This document shows positions 1 through 13,200 of a stretch of DNA of 64,000 nucleotides, in pieces; position 1 is the stretch's first letter; every line of letters begins with the position of its first letter. Source of the stretch: Amoebophrya sp. A120 (lineage: Eukaryota > Protista > Dinoflagellata). Made by a program: the position numbers and the translations under genes. The DNA lies in the NCBI GenBank assembly GCA_905178155.1, contig CAJINV010000005.1, positions 2,945,161-3,009,160 on the forward strand. Reading direction: 5' to 3'. The notes beneath the pieces were generated by a model, which had not been told where the DNA came from, searched no databases, and saw nothing but the letters and a program-made list of their open reading frames with translations.

Positions 1-2030
1 GTTGGCCCTTTAGCACTTCGACCTCGTCGTGGAAATCACCGAGACCGTCCTTGATGGAAACGTGATCCTGCCGGACACGGATCAACTGCCGGTCGGAGCT
101 GTTGAAGTTTTTCTTGTATTGCATAAAAAGTCAGCTACACTACAGAAATCAATTGCTTTGCATTCTTGCACAACGGCGCTCCTGCGCCTGACGTGATGAA
201 CAACATTTTCTGCATGGAGTCCACCTCGTCTTGCTCCCACCACACAAAAACTACTACACAATCCAAAGAAAGATAGAAACAAAAGTTGTCACGTCAAAAT
301 AAGTAAGTAATTATACGCTGCGATCACAGTGGTGACTTTCTGGTTTTCCGATTGCACCTCGGCTAAAAAGGATTCCTTCTCCTTCAATTTCTGCTCCTTT
401 CCCCTCTCGATGTTTTTCTGCACGGCGTACTCCTCGCCGAGCTTGTTCAGCCTCTCGTCCTGCGATTTCATGCTCTGCACGGTTTGCTCCCACTGCTGGA
501 TTAGTCTTTGCCGTTCTTCGTGCAACCGCTTGTATCAACTGCAAAAATGTCTGGGTCTGGACGAAGGTCACAACTTGTAATGCTGTCTGTGGATTCTAAA
601 GAAATTTGTATTGCATGACCGGCAAGACGGGTCGGGTTTGTCCTGCGCGGAGAGGGCATTTCTCATGCGGTAGAGGTATCACAAAGCCCTCTAAAAATCT
701 GTGATGCTACGGCAAGTATTACAGACATCATGGCTCACCCAGAACGTGCATGACAAGTCGAGAAATCTTCCAGACCCAGACATTTTTGCATTTGATAGCT
801 TGAACTCCTCGGCAATTTTGTCCATCTCGATCTGTTGCGACTGCGTCGTCGTCACCTCCTCCTCCACTGCGGCCTTCTTCCCGTTGTTTTCGAGGGTGAG
901 CTTTTCAATCTCCAGGGTCAGCTCGCGGATCTTCTGGTCATCCTGTCGACGATACCTTTTTTTATTGTTTGTAGATTTAGAAGATTCTTGATTTGCAAGA
1001 ATATTGCATGTGTTATTGTGCACACGTGATGCGAAGAGCGCAAAAAAGACCGACTCCGACGTCGTGCTGGAATTATGACAAGCGACTTGTTGTACAAGTT
1101 CAAGTTGTACCTTTCCAGTGCGATTTCATCCTCTTCCTTCTGCCGTGCAGCCAGCGCCCACTGCTCCAATTCCTCTTGGTTCCAGTTCATTTCTAATTTG
1201 AATTGGTCCAACTTCTCGTTGCCCTTGAAAATGTCCGTCTGGATGGCGTTATGCATTGCAAACATGTCTGGGTCTGGAAGAGTTCCAACTTGTGATGCAG
1301 ACTCTGGACCTCCACACAAAAAATTGTATTGCATGAATATCAAGAGCTGCGCACTTCTTGCTTCTACGCAAATAGGCAATTCCTCATGCGGTGGAATAGG
1401 CATTATTAGGCCGGCGCGAATCTTGTAGTGCTTTTGCGTGCATTAGAAACCAATTGCGTGATCCAAAACATGCATGACGAAAAAGTGCCTTTTTCTAGAC
1501 CCAGACATATTTGCGGTTGATAGGTGTTCGCTCGGTCCTTGTAATCTTCAACCACACGCTTCAATCTGACGCATTCACCCTCGAGCCGACCTTTTTTTAA
1601 TGGTATACTGGTACTGCATTTCCCATGCATGAAGACTACTTTTACGCAATCGTGCATGACAAAAAAGAAACATACACGAAACCAACTTGTTCCAAATACC
1701 GACTTGCCGCACGGTCAACTGCCTTAAATGGTCTTCCGTTTCCATTTCTCGTCTTCTCGCGTCCACTAATTGCTGCGTCAACGTGACCTCCTGCTGCACG
1801 TTCTGCAAGTGCTCGGCCATCACCTTTACCCTCTCCGCGTTTTCCCCGATGTGAAAGTCCAACGTGCCCATCTCGCTTTCCGACGCCTTGATGTCCTTGT
1901 CGATCGCCTTCGCGGCATCGGAGGCGAAGGGAGGCAGCGCGTCGCCATCCTGCTCGTAGCCCAGAGCATCATACTCCTCCTCGACGGTGCCCACCGCCGG
2001 CGGCTCGGGATTCAACACCGGGTCCGCCAT
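1..2030 (-). CDS. CCDC39: Coiled-coil domain-containing protein 39 (FAP59, axonemal ruler); 3' end runs off the window; 5 introns seen
   Basis: Spliced translation MADPV...AEHLQNVQQEVTLTQQLVDARRREMETEDHLRQL...KLDQFKLEMNWNQEELEQWALAARQKEEDEIALERYRRQDDQKIRELTLEIEKLT...LHEERQRLIQQWEQTV matches the remembered CCDC39 N-terminal pattern. GT-AG introns at 1591-1699, 956-1110 and 99-316; TIR-element introns at 1250-1522 and 533-797. Confidence 0.9.
533..797. mobile_element. Introner-like TIR element, family A
   Basis: TATCAACTGCAAAAATGTCTGGGTCTGG...CCAGACCCAGACATTTTTGCATTTGATA with 5-bp direct repeat gcttg/gcttg. Removal gives EEFKRLHEERQ. Confidence 0.92.
1250..1522. mobile_element. Introner-like TIR element, family A
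   Basis: TATGCATTGCAAACATGTCTGGGTCTGGAAG...TTCTAGACCCAGACATATTTGCGGTTGATA; direct repeat ggcgt/ggtgt. Removal gives RAN[T/A]IQTDIFK. Confidence 0.88.
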
Positions 2031-2796
2031 TTTAATGGATTTCTCGAAGGTACCTAGGTCTCTTTGCGACGTCGCTTCGGGCAGGAACGAGTACGAGCTC
2101 CTCGCGGGCTACAACTGTCGCAGCTCGGAATTGGTTTTGCGTTGAGCCGTTTCGGGTCGCCTCTCGCTCCAAAAATATTCCGGGACTCGAGTTTAGTACT
2201 TACTACTGTAGGAAGCTCTAGTACCGCAAGCGGCCGTGCGGAGCACGCGACGGCACGCGGATGACCATTCTTATTGGAGTCTTCGACGTTTTGTTGCACC
2301 TATCCTATCTTCGAAAAGCCGGTCTCGTCGTCGAAAAAATTGCAATGCCGCCGCCGCCGCTTCGAGAGCACGACAAATTCAATCATGCACCTGTACTTTC
2401 ACCACCATATCATGCGGCTTTATTTCCCACATGATTTTCGTCGAAATCGACACGGGGCGAACCAAAGACTCACGAAGCAAGTGTTGCTCAACTGCACCGA
2501 CTCACACTCTCTTCGCTCAACTCTACTGCAGTGGACGTTCCTCTGTCACTTAAGAGGACCGCACCGCACAGCAATCACTCGCTCTTCTCCCTGAGACGGA
2601 AAAAAGAACAATGACGAAGAGTATATGAGCAATTCAAAACCTTTAAATATGGCTTGGAGCAAAGCACAGCGGACGAATTTTGGATTCCTTTGCGAGGGCA
2701 GTGTCCCAGAACTATACACTTTCTTGATGCGGCGCACGTACGAAACTTGAATTGATTCAAAGCCGTGTGAAAAGTTTTCATTCACAAAAAGCAAAC

Positions 2797-3585
2797 TCAC
2801 TCCGCCGCAGCCAGCTTCTTTTCGACTTCGATCTGCTTCCGAATCTGTCTCCGCACCTTGTTCGCCTGTTTGGACAGTTTCCGGCTCGCCTGCTCCGCAC
2901 TCGGGAACCCGTTCTCCTCCTGGTATTTTAAATTATTCACCGCCTTGTCCGCCGCGTGGGTCTGTTTTTGCATCTTCCGGATCCCGTCCTTCATCTCCGG
3001 CAGGCGGTCAACGAGCGTTTGGAGCGATTTCGCAATTTCGTTTTCCACCTTGTCCGCCCACAGTCGCCGGTTCTGCTCCAGAGTGGACGCGAACGGGAGC
3101 TCGTGCGGTTTCTTCGCTTTTTTTCGCGGTTTGGGCTCAGGTTTTGGAGGAGCCTGGTCGTCATTTGTAGCTGAGTCTGAAGGACCCGGTGTAGTGGTCG
3201 GCGCTGCTGATGTTGCATCACCTTCAGCAGGCTTGGCTTCCTCTTTCTGGTCAGTTGCTGGTTCATCTGCAGAGGCGTGTTTCTCAGTGTCAGCCGCGTC
3301 GGGTTCTTGGGTTTTGGCTTCTGCGGCGGGCGGACTTTCCTCCGCTGCCGTGGCCGGCTTTTCTCCCTCGTCGCCTTCCGCGAACACGGTCTTGTGCTGG
3401 TGTCCACGGTCGTGTGGGGGTGGTACTGAGGCGGAAGACGATGTTGGCGTCGTCGTAGCTTCGAGCAATTGTCGCCACCAGGAAGAAAAAATTGGCACCT
3501 GCGGACGAGGGGGGTGCTCTTGGCGGAAAGGAGGAAAGTTATCTCCAATGGAGAAACCGTGTACGAAAAATTCACGGAGAGTCAT
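2797..3585 (-). CDS. Hypothetical protein: acidic/Pro-rich middle, coiled-coil basic C-terminus
   Basis: 262-aa ORF with coding-like composition, co-oriented with neighbours; no domain recognised. Confidence 0.55.
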   Translation of the reverse strand: MTLREFFVHGFSIGDNFPPFRQEHPPRPQVPIFSSWWRQLLEATTTPTSSSASVPPPHDRGHQHKTVFAEGDEGEKPATAAEESPPAAEAKTQEPDAADTEKHASADEPATDQKEEAKPAEGDATSAAPTTTPGPSDSATNDDQAPPKPEPKPRKKAKKPHELPFASTLEQNRRLWADKVENEIAKSLQTLVDRLPEMKDGIRKMQKQTHAADKAVNNLKYQEENGFPSAEQASRKLSKQANKVRRQIRKQIEVEKKLAAAE

Positions 3586-4229
3586 GGTTTTTTGATATCT
3601 GCAGTAAGAACTTCAACTTTGCCGCAGTCCGAAGGGATCCCACTTACTGTTCGTTGGTCTTTAGCCAGTCTAGAACTTTAGGCTTCTTGCGATGGTCTTT
3701 TTTTTCCGATACAGCAGGTCGGCAAGGAACATCAAACGAAACAATGAATTGCGAGAAAAACATTCTTGACGCGCGCCGAGGACGATTCGACTTTCACGAT
3801 TTGATGCAACGACTGTGAAGACATCTGCGAAACACGAAAACGATTTTCAGGCGAGAGCAGCTTATCCAACAACCAAACGTTGCCAGGATTCAGTTTTCAG
3901 GAACACAGGTCCAGGCAGGAAAGGGAAACTCAAGCCCCCAGATACGTAAAAATCGAACTGGTAGTCCCCTGAATCCGAAAACACTGGAAGTGGAAGCTTT
4001 TCCTCCTGCGATTACATTGCAGTACCAAGTCCGTCAATCGCTCGAATCTAGGGCGCGACCCGAGCAGATTCTGTGCCCATGTTTACAGTGTCTTCCTTCT
4101 CAGGTCGAGCCAGAAGAGGGCTGTATGCAACGCACTGGTTAACTTTACTACGAAGGAAAGACGGTTTTATATATAAACCTGACTCATTTTCGCTGCTGTT
4201 CATGAGTGCTCGGACTTGGAGCAGCTCCT

Positions 4230-5036
4230 TCAGAAGGGCCAGTTGAAGCCCCAGCCTCCGCCTACGCCCCAGCCTCCGCCTTTGCCTTCCGCGCCTTTTT
4301 TGCGGTCCGCGCCTTTTTTCTCGTCAAGCTTCATTTCGACGGGCATCGCGTCACCATAATACGACCTGTACTTTTTTGTAAACCTTGAGAACGGAACTAT
4401 TTTTGTTTTTGTCCGCAGCGTTTTCTCTGCTTTTTTCTTCCTCGAAGCTTTCTTGTCCTTCGCTGCTTTCTCCGCTTTGTCAAGAGCCCGAAACATCTTC
4501 TCCCCTTCCAGAAAAGGAGCATCAAATTCCCCGACGAAATTCCCGAAAAACTCAGCAGAGTCGCCCTCCACATCGTCAGCACCAAATCCACCGGCGGCGT
4601 TTTCCGAAGCGACAGAGCTGCTCCCTCCAGTAACTCCGTAGCGCCCGAATTTCTCCGCCAAGCGCGACACTGCAGTACTGCTTCGGGGACTCTGCACCGC
4701 GGCGAAGCGGTAGCGACCGCGGTCTTGCCGCAAAACGGTAGGCTTCTGGACGGACCCATCCGAATTCTGTCCGCCGGGGACATGGATTGCGAAAAATTCG
4801 TCAACCGTTTCCAGGACCCGAGGTTCATCCCGTGCTTGCTCGTAGTTGCCTCCCTGCGGATGCATCGGGTCGCCAGGCGCTGCTCCGCCAGAGGATTGCA
4901 GTACCGCGGCTGTGGCAGTAACTTCGAGAGCAGCGACAAACTTGCCTTGCACCTTCATACTCCCCCCACCCCCGGTTCCCGAAAAGTTCCTGCTTGACAA
5001 TGCGCCGCATTTTTGCGCACTAGACAGTTTCGCCAT
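4230..5036 (-). CDS. Hypothetical protein (MAKLSSAQ..., ends GGGWGVGGGWGFNWPF)
   Basis: Uninterrupted ORF from the ATG at 5036; no domain recognised. Confidence 0.5.
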   Translation of the reverse strand: MAKLSSAQKCGALSSRNFSGTGGGGSMKVQGKFVAALEVTATAAVLQSSGGAAPGDPMHPQGGNYEQARDEPRVLETVDEFFAIHVPGGQNSDGSVQKPTVLRQDRGRYRFAAVQSPRSSTAVSRLAEKFGRYGVTGGSSSVASENAAGGFGADDVEGDSAEFFGNFVGEFDAPFLEGEKMFRALDKAEKAAKDKKASRKKKAEKTLRTKTKIVPFSRFTKKYRSYYGDAMPVEMKLDEKKGADRKKGAEGKGGGWGVGGGWGFNWPF

Positions 5037-5972
5037 GATTTTGTTTTTTTGACTTCTGAGTCCTTGAGAATTTCCTGTCGACAACTCAAAAAGTGTGACG
5101 ATAAATGAACCGGAAAGTCGAGAACAACTGGAGATAACGATAAGTCTCGTTCTCCGAGTATCAGTGGAAACCAACAAGAGCAAAGGGTGTCGCGTTCCTA
5201 CCTAGTAAGTAAGTCGCTGACCGAAAAAGAAGAAGAATGAAGATGAAGATGAACTGACTAACTAGATGAAGATGAACTGAAACTGAAAATACGAAAATAA
5301 CACACGTGGTCAAGAAATGATAGCGCATCAAATACCATGTTCTTCACACGAATGCAGATTCTGATTCTTGGACGAGGGGGCGACCGCGACGATAGTCCGG
5401 CGCATAGCACTTATGGCCGCCTACGTAGTTCACTGCCACACTATCATGTGTGAACGCGAGAACGTTTCATATTGTCATCCGGTAATTGAAGAACGAGGTG
5501 TGAATGTCTCTGGTCGGACGAAGGTTCTTGTGTCTACGATTTGTACGCAAGGGATCAGCACGAAAAGGACGATTGGAAATCAGGTCCAGTAGAACACTTC
5601 CAGTGATCTGCTCTTCGGCAACAGAGTTCAAATAGAGCAGTCGACCCAGAGGGGTCTTCCGCTTTCTTACAGGTCAGTGTCGCTTTCATCCGAAAACATA
5701 CTTTCTTACCGGAGGGCAAAAAAACTGTCCCTCGGGCACAGAGACAGATACATCCAAAACAGTACAAGGCTATCGTTTCGGAAGAACCACTTTTTTTTCG
5801 AGCATAGGCATACCAACAATCCGAGAACACTTTACCTGCACGGATGATGTATTTCATTCTTCCAGAGGCAGAAATCATGGATACTACGAACCACTGCATC
5901 CGCAGACAACTTTTCGAAAACATGATCACGCAATCTTTTAGTCCAAACACGAAAATCGTCATGTCCCCATCT

Positions 5973-8900
5973 TCACCCAGAGGACCCACTGTCGCTTGAG
6001 CTCGAGCTCCCGCTATCGGAGGATTGACTGGAGGAGCTGCTCGACGCCTGCTGCTGTTGGCGTCGTCTCTTCGCGGTTTTGCCCCTCTCTGTGGACGACA
6101 GTTGCTGCCGAGGTTTTTTCTGCGGCGGTGCATTGTTAGACCCCGTTTTGGTGGTCGCTGGTCGTTTCTGCGCTGGGGGTGCGGTAGAGGGGGCCTGGGA
6201 GTGTTTGGATCGATAATGACAGCATTTCACTTTGCACTCTTCCTTTGAGAAAAAACAATGTAGTGCAAGCTCCTTAGACAAAACATAATTTGTCAGGCGA
6301 GCTTGAAATGCTCGCCCTCGTCCTGTCGTTGGTTTCCTGAATGTTAACTGTCTGCGCTGGAATGCATTTAGAGCCAGGCTTTTCGAGCGACGCAACACCA
6401 CCCGTTTTAGCAGTGGAGGCAAGCTCAATGTGGGACAAGGAATAGCACGGTTTAGGTCTCTGCGAAGCCACGCGGTGACAAGGAAAGCGGCCAGGGCTAC
6501 AACAGGCACGACTGAAATAAGATTTTCACATTTACCTCTTTCGCCGTCCTGCCCGTAATATTCCTCGCATTTTCTTCGCGGGCACTGGTCCGGTCTTCCC
6601 GCGCGTTCCCTCCCCGCGCACCGCCCTCTCGTGTGCGGATCTCCCTCTCAGACTTCCCTGCATTTATTTCTCGGTCCCGTCCGGCAGTCCCGCGGGCGGA
6701 CCGCTGTGGCTCGGCCGTTCTGTTGTTCTCAGTTTTGTTCCTGTCCCGGTCCCCGGTCGCGCCTGTCCTCGTCGTCGTCGCTGCTGAATTCTTTGCTCCG
6801 GCAGCTGAATTCTTTGCGCCTGCATACTTATTCGTACCACTGTCGTGGTTGTTGTTTCTGTCCCTAGTCGTGCCCCCACTTCCTCGTGCCGGAGGCGAGG
6901 CTTCTTTCAGGTGGTCTCTGTCTTGCCCTCTGTCTTGTCCTCTTTCCCCCCGTCCCCTGCTCTTTTCCTTTTGCTCCACTGCCCTGGTTCTTGGTGCCTG
7001 TTTGTTGTAGTTCCCGTTCCTCGTGGTCGCGCGCCCTCGCTCACTCGCGGAGGACGAAAGGTCCGACTCCTCGTAGCTCTGCGGACTGGGTTTCCGCTTG
7101 TTGCCCCTCTGCTCCGCCCCCGGTCCTCGGGAGTTCACCTGCTTCCGCGTCACGGGCTCCTCGCGGGCGGTGGTGCGGGTCTTGTTCCCTCCCCGGGTCG
7201 TAGTAGTTCTCTGCTCGAAATTTTTCGACCGACTGTCCGCTCGACTCTGCTGTTTCTGTGCAGTTCCGGAGGTCGTCGGGCCATTTTTGGTGGACGTGGT
7301 TGTGGTGTTGAGAGCTTTATTGTGGCCCCGCCCTTGGTGTTGATGTTCCTTGTCCTGCTGATGTGTCGAGGTTTTGATGTTAGCTCCTGATCTGTTGTTA
7401 CTCGCTTTATTCGTCTCTACGAGGGGCTCAGAAGCAGTATTTTTCGTTTTTTTGTTCACTGCAGCCACGGTGCTCGATACCGGTTTGTGGTTGTCCAAAG
7501 CGTTTTTCTTGCCCCCACCAGTTGTCGTGCCTCTTTGACTCTGCACGACCCGCGGCCCCCGCTCCCTCATTTCCGAGCTCTTGCTCTTACTGCTGCTCGG
7601 CGAACTGCTATCCAGGCTGCTGGCCGAACGGTCGGACGGAATCTATGCAAGAAAAAAACTGTGTAAGTGTAGCTCTGTAATGCAAAACATGCAACAGAGT
7701 TACGCCTGTCATGCCAGACAGCCATGAAGTCGTCTTCTCGTGTGTGTTTTCCCTTACAAGCCACGCGTGACAGGTTTACTCAGTGATGTAGAGCAAATTT
7801 GTGATGCTGTCAGCCGAAGATAGTTACACTAACACAGTTTTTTTCCTGGATAGAATCTCAATCTCCTTCACGACTGGAATATAATTCGCGGATGAAACAA
7901 CTACTCCTGCTGCCCGGCCGGCGCTTCTCGCCTGCTTCGCACTCCGGGTCGTGAGTTTCATCTTCGTTTCGTTTCCCGCTGCGGGTCCATTCGTTGTGGT
8001 GACTTTCATGCCATCATTTCTACTGCTTTCGCCGTCGCTTATTGCAAGGAAAAATCCCCCCTCCCCATATTGACGAAGCACGTTTTCGAAGATTTGTGTT
8101 GCTGATTTGAGACCACAAATCGTGCCTGTGTTGGAAGAAAACAACTCCACAGGCTCCACCGCATTATGCAGGCGGTTTGTCATGCTGTTGGGCCTATGGT
8201 GTGGACATTTGTAGTGCTAGGCGCCTAGGTCAAAACCTCTCTACTCAGGCTTGATATGGGTCTGCAGTCCTCTCCAGCAAGACAAATCTCATCTGTGTAC
8301 GCAAATCCAGCATCAGAAACTTCGTTTTGATATGGGGAGGGGGGATTTTTCCTTTTCATATCGCTCCTGTGGTCTTCAATGTCCCTACTCGTCTTCAAGT
8401 TCAAATGATTCTTCAACTCCCGCTGCTCTCGCTCCGCCGCCCGCCGCGCAGCACCATTCGGATTGGGCGAGAGGATGAACCCGCTGTTTCTACTATCCTT
8501 GTTCCCAGTTGTGGTACCACCCCCAGCACCTCGTCGTGTTACGATCGTCGTATTTGTTGTTCCTACTTCACGCTCTACTCCCTCCCGTTTCAGCGGCGTG
8601 CCCCCGCGGCTCGGCCCGCGGGTAATCAACGTCGGAATGCCGCCGGCGCGGAGTCGCTGGAAATCCTCCTCCGGAGAGGAGGTCACCGCCCGGCGCAGAT
8701 TCACCGCCGGGTGCATGTCGTTGCTCAGATTCGGGGACACACGCTTGTCGTTCGAGATGCGCGCCATGCGGTCCCGCTTCGAGAGGAGCACGACCTTTTG
8801 CTGCTTGTTGTCTTCCTGTTCGTTCTGCTGCCGGATGTGGATCGCAGGCACCAGGGTCACCCTGATTTTTTTGCATATCAGTTCCAGTCGTGAGGAATTT

Positions 8901-9515
8901 GGTATTAAATGTAAACGTACTACGTCCTCATGCCTGAATATTTCACAGCTGTCAACATCATGCAAATCAATCTTCACATGCAGAGCAACTACGTGAGTAT
9001 GCTTCTACGTGATCCAATTCTCGTCCAGAACTCAGAGCCAGACAATTCTCATACCTTCCGTTCGCGTCGCCACTCGCCGAGTTTTCCCGGTCCGCCCCGC
9101 GGTCCCGGAGATAGTCCGCGTTTTCCCGTAGAATCACGGGATTATTGCTGGCACTGCCGCCTTCCTTGTTGCTGTTATTCGACGTATTGTTGTTGTTTCC
9201 CAGCAGCTGCACCGTCCTACTTGTTCCGCCCCCGCTCGCATTCCCCCCGCCCCCGCCCGGGGCCCGCTTCAGCGTGACCGCGCCCTTCTTCCCGCCCCCG
9301 CTGCTGGACTGCTCCAGCAGCGGCGGGGTCGTCCGCCGCCACCGGGGCTCATCCTCGTCTAGGTCCGCTTTCGTGGTGTTCCGCGAGGTTAACACGACCG
9401 CGCCCGGGGCCAGAGGCTTCTTCTCCCGGTCGAAGGCTTTCACGGCCTGCCTGAACAAGCGATTCTTATCGTCCTCCCCATCACTGTTGCTGTTCCAAGC
9501 GCCCGCACTGTACAT
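5973..9515 (-). CDS. Multi-exon low-complexity, basic (Arg/Lys/Ser/Thr-rich) protein
   Basis: ORF segments join in frame across GT-AG introns (8862-9054, about 7643-7850, about 6243-6535) and the TIR element at 8040-8360. Confidence 0.6.
8040..8360. mobile_element. Introner-like TIR element, family B
   Basis: TATTGCAAGGAAAAATCCCCCCTCCCCATAT...ATATGGGGAGGGGGGATTTTTCCTTTTCATA; direct repeat tcgct/tcgct. Confidence 0.92.
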
Positions 9516-10213
9516 TGGATCTTTTCGTTTTTAAAGCGATATTTTTGAACGTATCAAGTGTTCTTCGCGAATTTCTGAAGATGTTTTTCCTATAGACTTG
9601 TAGTAAGAGTGTCGTGAAAAATCACAAAACTTGCCCGCTTTACTTAAAGATCTTCCACAAATCGCTAAAACTGTACTGAGTGCTCCGTTGCCGAGGGCAT
9701 CAAGCTCTTTTCCAGAATAAATGCTATCGAGCTACTTAAACTTTTTCTATCCATGGGAGTGGCGGGACATCATCTTCCGCTGCGATAAATGCAACTTTTT
9801 GGACTCTTGAAAACATCGTGCCTAGTTTAACCGTTGCAGCAGAGCAGAACAAGACTAAAGGATCCATCTTTTGAAAGGCAAAAATCGGAAAAGATCCTGG
9901 CCGCTTCAGCTTGAAACGCGGGAACGGTGTGAAAATCCTGATCAAAAAGGGAGACGCAGTTATGACTTGTTCGAGCATGCTTTGTCGACGTCCTTCTTCA
10001 ATAGGGAAACTTCGATGCGATTGATGAACAGCGTGTCAAAAACCAGACGGATCTCGTTAAGCCACCCGCGCAGTGCCGCATTCAGCGATACACTTTGGTA
10101 AACTTGGATCGCTTACAGCAAATAACATGACTCTCTATTGCTATTGCAGACAACTTCTATCCAAATTCACGGCGTTTGATTTCGCTATAAAATGAATTCT
10201 GATAGTACGGTTT

Positions 10214-13200
10214 TCATTCGGGTGGCTTTCGCCACAAGTATTGCATTCCCTCTCTGAGCACCCTGGGGGGTGATTTTTCTTTTCTCCTCCCTCTTCGGCT
10301 CCTATCTCTACTACAGGATCTGTCTAAATTTCTAAGTGCAGGGTCTGCCGTGAGCGCTTTTGTACTCTGATTCCATTTCGGTTTCGCAGAAGATGCAGCT
10401 CCCCCGACAAGTTGATGCGCAGAGGAAGATTTTTGCGTTTGTTCCCTTTCCAGTTGCTTACGGCTCGGGTTCTTCGCTATTAACGTCTTTCTTGAGCAAC
10501 CACTTCCAAGAACCTCTGTTGGCATTGCTTGCTCCCTTAACCTACTCGGAAAAGACACCCTCTCTTCGGCCCGTTTTCGAAATGCAACCGGTCGCGGCTC
10601 GGTTTCGCTACTTTCCGCCTTCTTCCTCGACTTGCTCGACGTCCCAGCATGATCCGCATGCAACCTCTCCCAACAGAAAACTTTTCGCTCCAGCTCCACA
10701 ATCTGCGAATCTATGGTCTCGATCGGACTACTAGGAAGATGATGAAACAACCCTGTAGAATTATTTCCCGCGAATGTGATGTCATCTTCCAACCGCCTTG
10801 ACTTATTGTTGTTCTCATCTGAAAGACGATCTAGTCCTCCAGCAGCGCTAGCATTCTTCGTGTTGACTTCGAACGCCGTGCGCCAGAAATCGAAACGTTC
10901 CGCCTGAGGGATTTGCTTTCTCGGCTGTTCCTCCTTGTCGTTCAACAGTGTAGTTTCCTCCGCCGACAGCTCCGGTGCGACCGTGGCGCAGGAACCAGCT
11001 TCGGAATTGGAAAAAGACTCACCCTCAACTTCAACTTCCACTTCCTCCGGCTCCGAGTAGAATTTCTGTTGCGAGTTGACCAACGGAGCTGCTGATGGTG
11101 CTGTGCTGTTCTTCTCTGTGTGAACGCTTTTCAGAAGCGCACCCTGCAGGTCACCGTCGTCACCCACCGACCTCCGGTTTTGTTCCTGCGAAGTAGTTGT
11201 AACTCCTCTGGGAGGTATTACTGTAGTTATTTCCTTTTTACTCTCTACAACAGCTCCGGTCGTTCTTGTATCTGTATCAGCCTCGTTTTTAGCAGCACTC
11301 TGCGGCTGCTCAGCCCCGATATCGAAGTGGTGCATCAGTGAGGGGACAAAACTGTTCCCCCGCATGGGTTTTTTCACGGGCGCAGAGGCGGCCTTGGGTC
11401 GGAAGGCGTGCATGTGCTCGAAATGCGAGGAAGACTCGTCGGTGTCGTCTATTTGGTGGGTCCTAAACCCTGTTTTTCCGCCGCTGCTGGAGGGTACATT
11501 TGTCGTGCCCGCTGCTTCCGACGCTGACGATTGTGGTCCCAGATTTGTTCTAGCCACCACAGGTTCCGCCACGTTGACCGCTTCCGCTGGTGCCTGCAGC
11601 TGGTGTGAGCCCACACTGGTCCCCGACTGCATTAGCGGCGGCTGCTGCTCTACGGGCGGCCGGCCGGGTCCTGGTACTAGTAAAATCGCCGGTTGTTGTT
11701 CTAGGAGGGCGCGGCCTACTACTTGAGCAGGAATGGGCGGAGTTTTCTTAATAGCATCATTTGTACCATTTTTTCCGACGGCATTCTGTAAGCGTTCTCG
11801 GCCGTTCACAAGACCTCGGCCAGGATCTGGCCCATCGTGGTTCCCATCCATTTCTGAGGAAGGGAGAAAATCTGTAACAGGAGTATTTGTATTGTCCTCC
11901 GGAGCTGGTGCACTAGAGGAAGTATTAAACCCGTTCAATATCGGTTGTTCTTGAGCAAAAATCTTGTTATTTCCCCCGTACAAATTCGGACTCCAACTGG
12001 CACCGTCTACAGGAGCGTCTGCAGCTTCACTTCTGCCTTGTACAATTTGCACTCCTTGAGGTTCTTCCCCCTCCTCCTGCTTCCTCCTTCTGTTCTTCGC
12101 CAACCCCTCTTTCCGCACAACAGCGGGGGCTACGTTCCACTTCCGCGGCGGGTCCTCTACTGTGTTAGTACCACCACCAATAGCCGTTTGTTTCTTGGGT
12201 AACGCGTCGAACAAATTTTTCGCCTCCTTCGGCGCCTCGCTCACGACCGGCGCGGCAAAGGGGAAATGCTGTCGGGGGCTGATCACCGCCTCTTTTTTCG
12301 GTAGCGGCAGGATCTTCGGCCGGACGAAAACCGCTGGCGTGGGCTGGTCGCGGGCGAGGTTTTCCTTTTTGCCGAAGATACTTTCCGCAACTTCCACCTG
12401 CTGGGGGTTCATGACCGGCTCGTCGGCGACTTTAAAGTTCGGGTCAAATTTTCGCCCGTGTTTCTGGTTAAACACACGCATCTCCGTGAACGGCGCGGGC
12501 ATTATATTTTTAGTAGACGGGTTTTCTTTACTATTCTCTTTCTTCGTTGCCAACATCTTCACCGGTTTTTGTTGTTCGCTGTCACTCGTCGAGGACCCGG
12601 ACCACAAAGTATCCCCCCGCTTCTTGAACGGCACACTCAGCGCGCCGGCTTTAGCTTTCGCCCGATTGTGCTTATTTCTGCTGTGCACCGTCGGCGTGAT
12701 CGAATCCCCGATCGACTCGTGCTTCCGTTGGACTTTTATCTTTTGCTCTTTAACATCAGCCTGGACATTTTGTCCCTGCTGCTGTCCTCCTACAGCATCG
12801 TTCTTACTCACGGAACTTTTTCCAGCCTCGATTTCCTGCCAGGTTTCCCTTGTGCTGTTATCGCGGTGGAGCACATTTTCAGGAAGTTCGTTGTCCTCGT
12901 CGAAAACAAAATCTTCGTGCTGCAACTTCTGCTGCGAAAACCTCTCTGGCAGGGACAGCGAAGATTCCTTCGGCGCCGGCAGCATGCCGGACGACGCTTT
13001 CGAGGTAAAGTCCCGGCTTTTCTTGCCCGCCGCCGCACTCGGTGCCGCAGCAGGAGCTCCGTCTTGCGACACAGACACTATACTTGATGTTGTACTCGGT
13101 TTGTTGATGTTCTTGCTGGCCTGGACTTGGGAAGATGATCCTCGTGGAACTACACCACCTGTTCCGTGATGTCCTCCTCCGATTCCCAGCATGTTGTCCA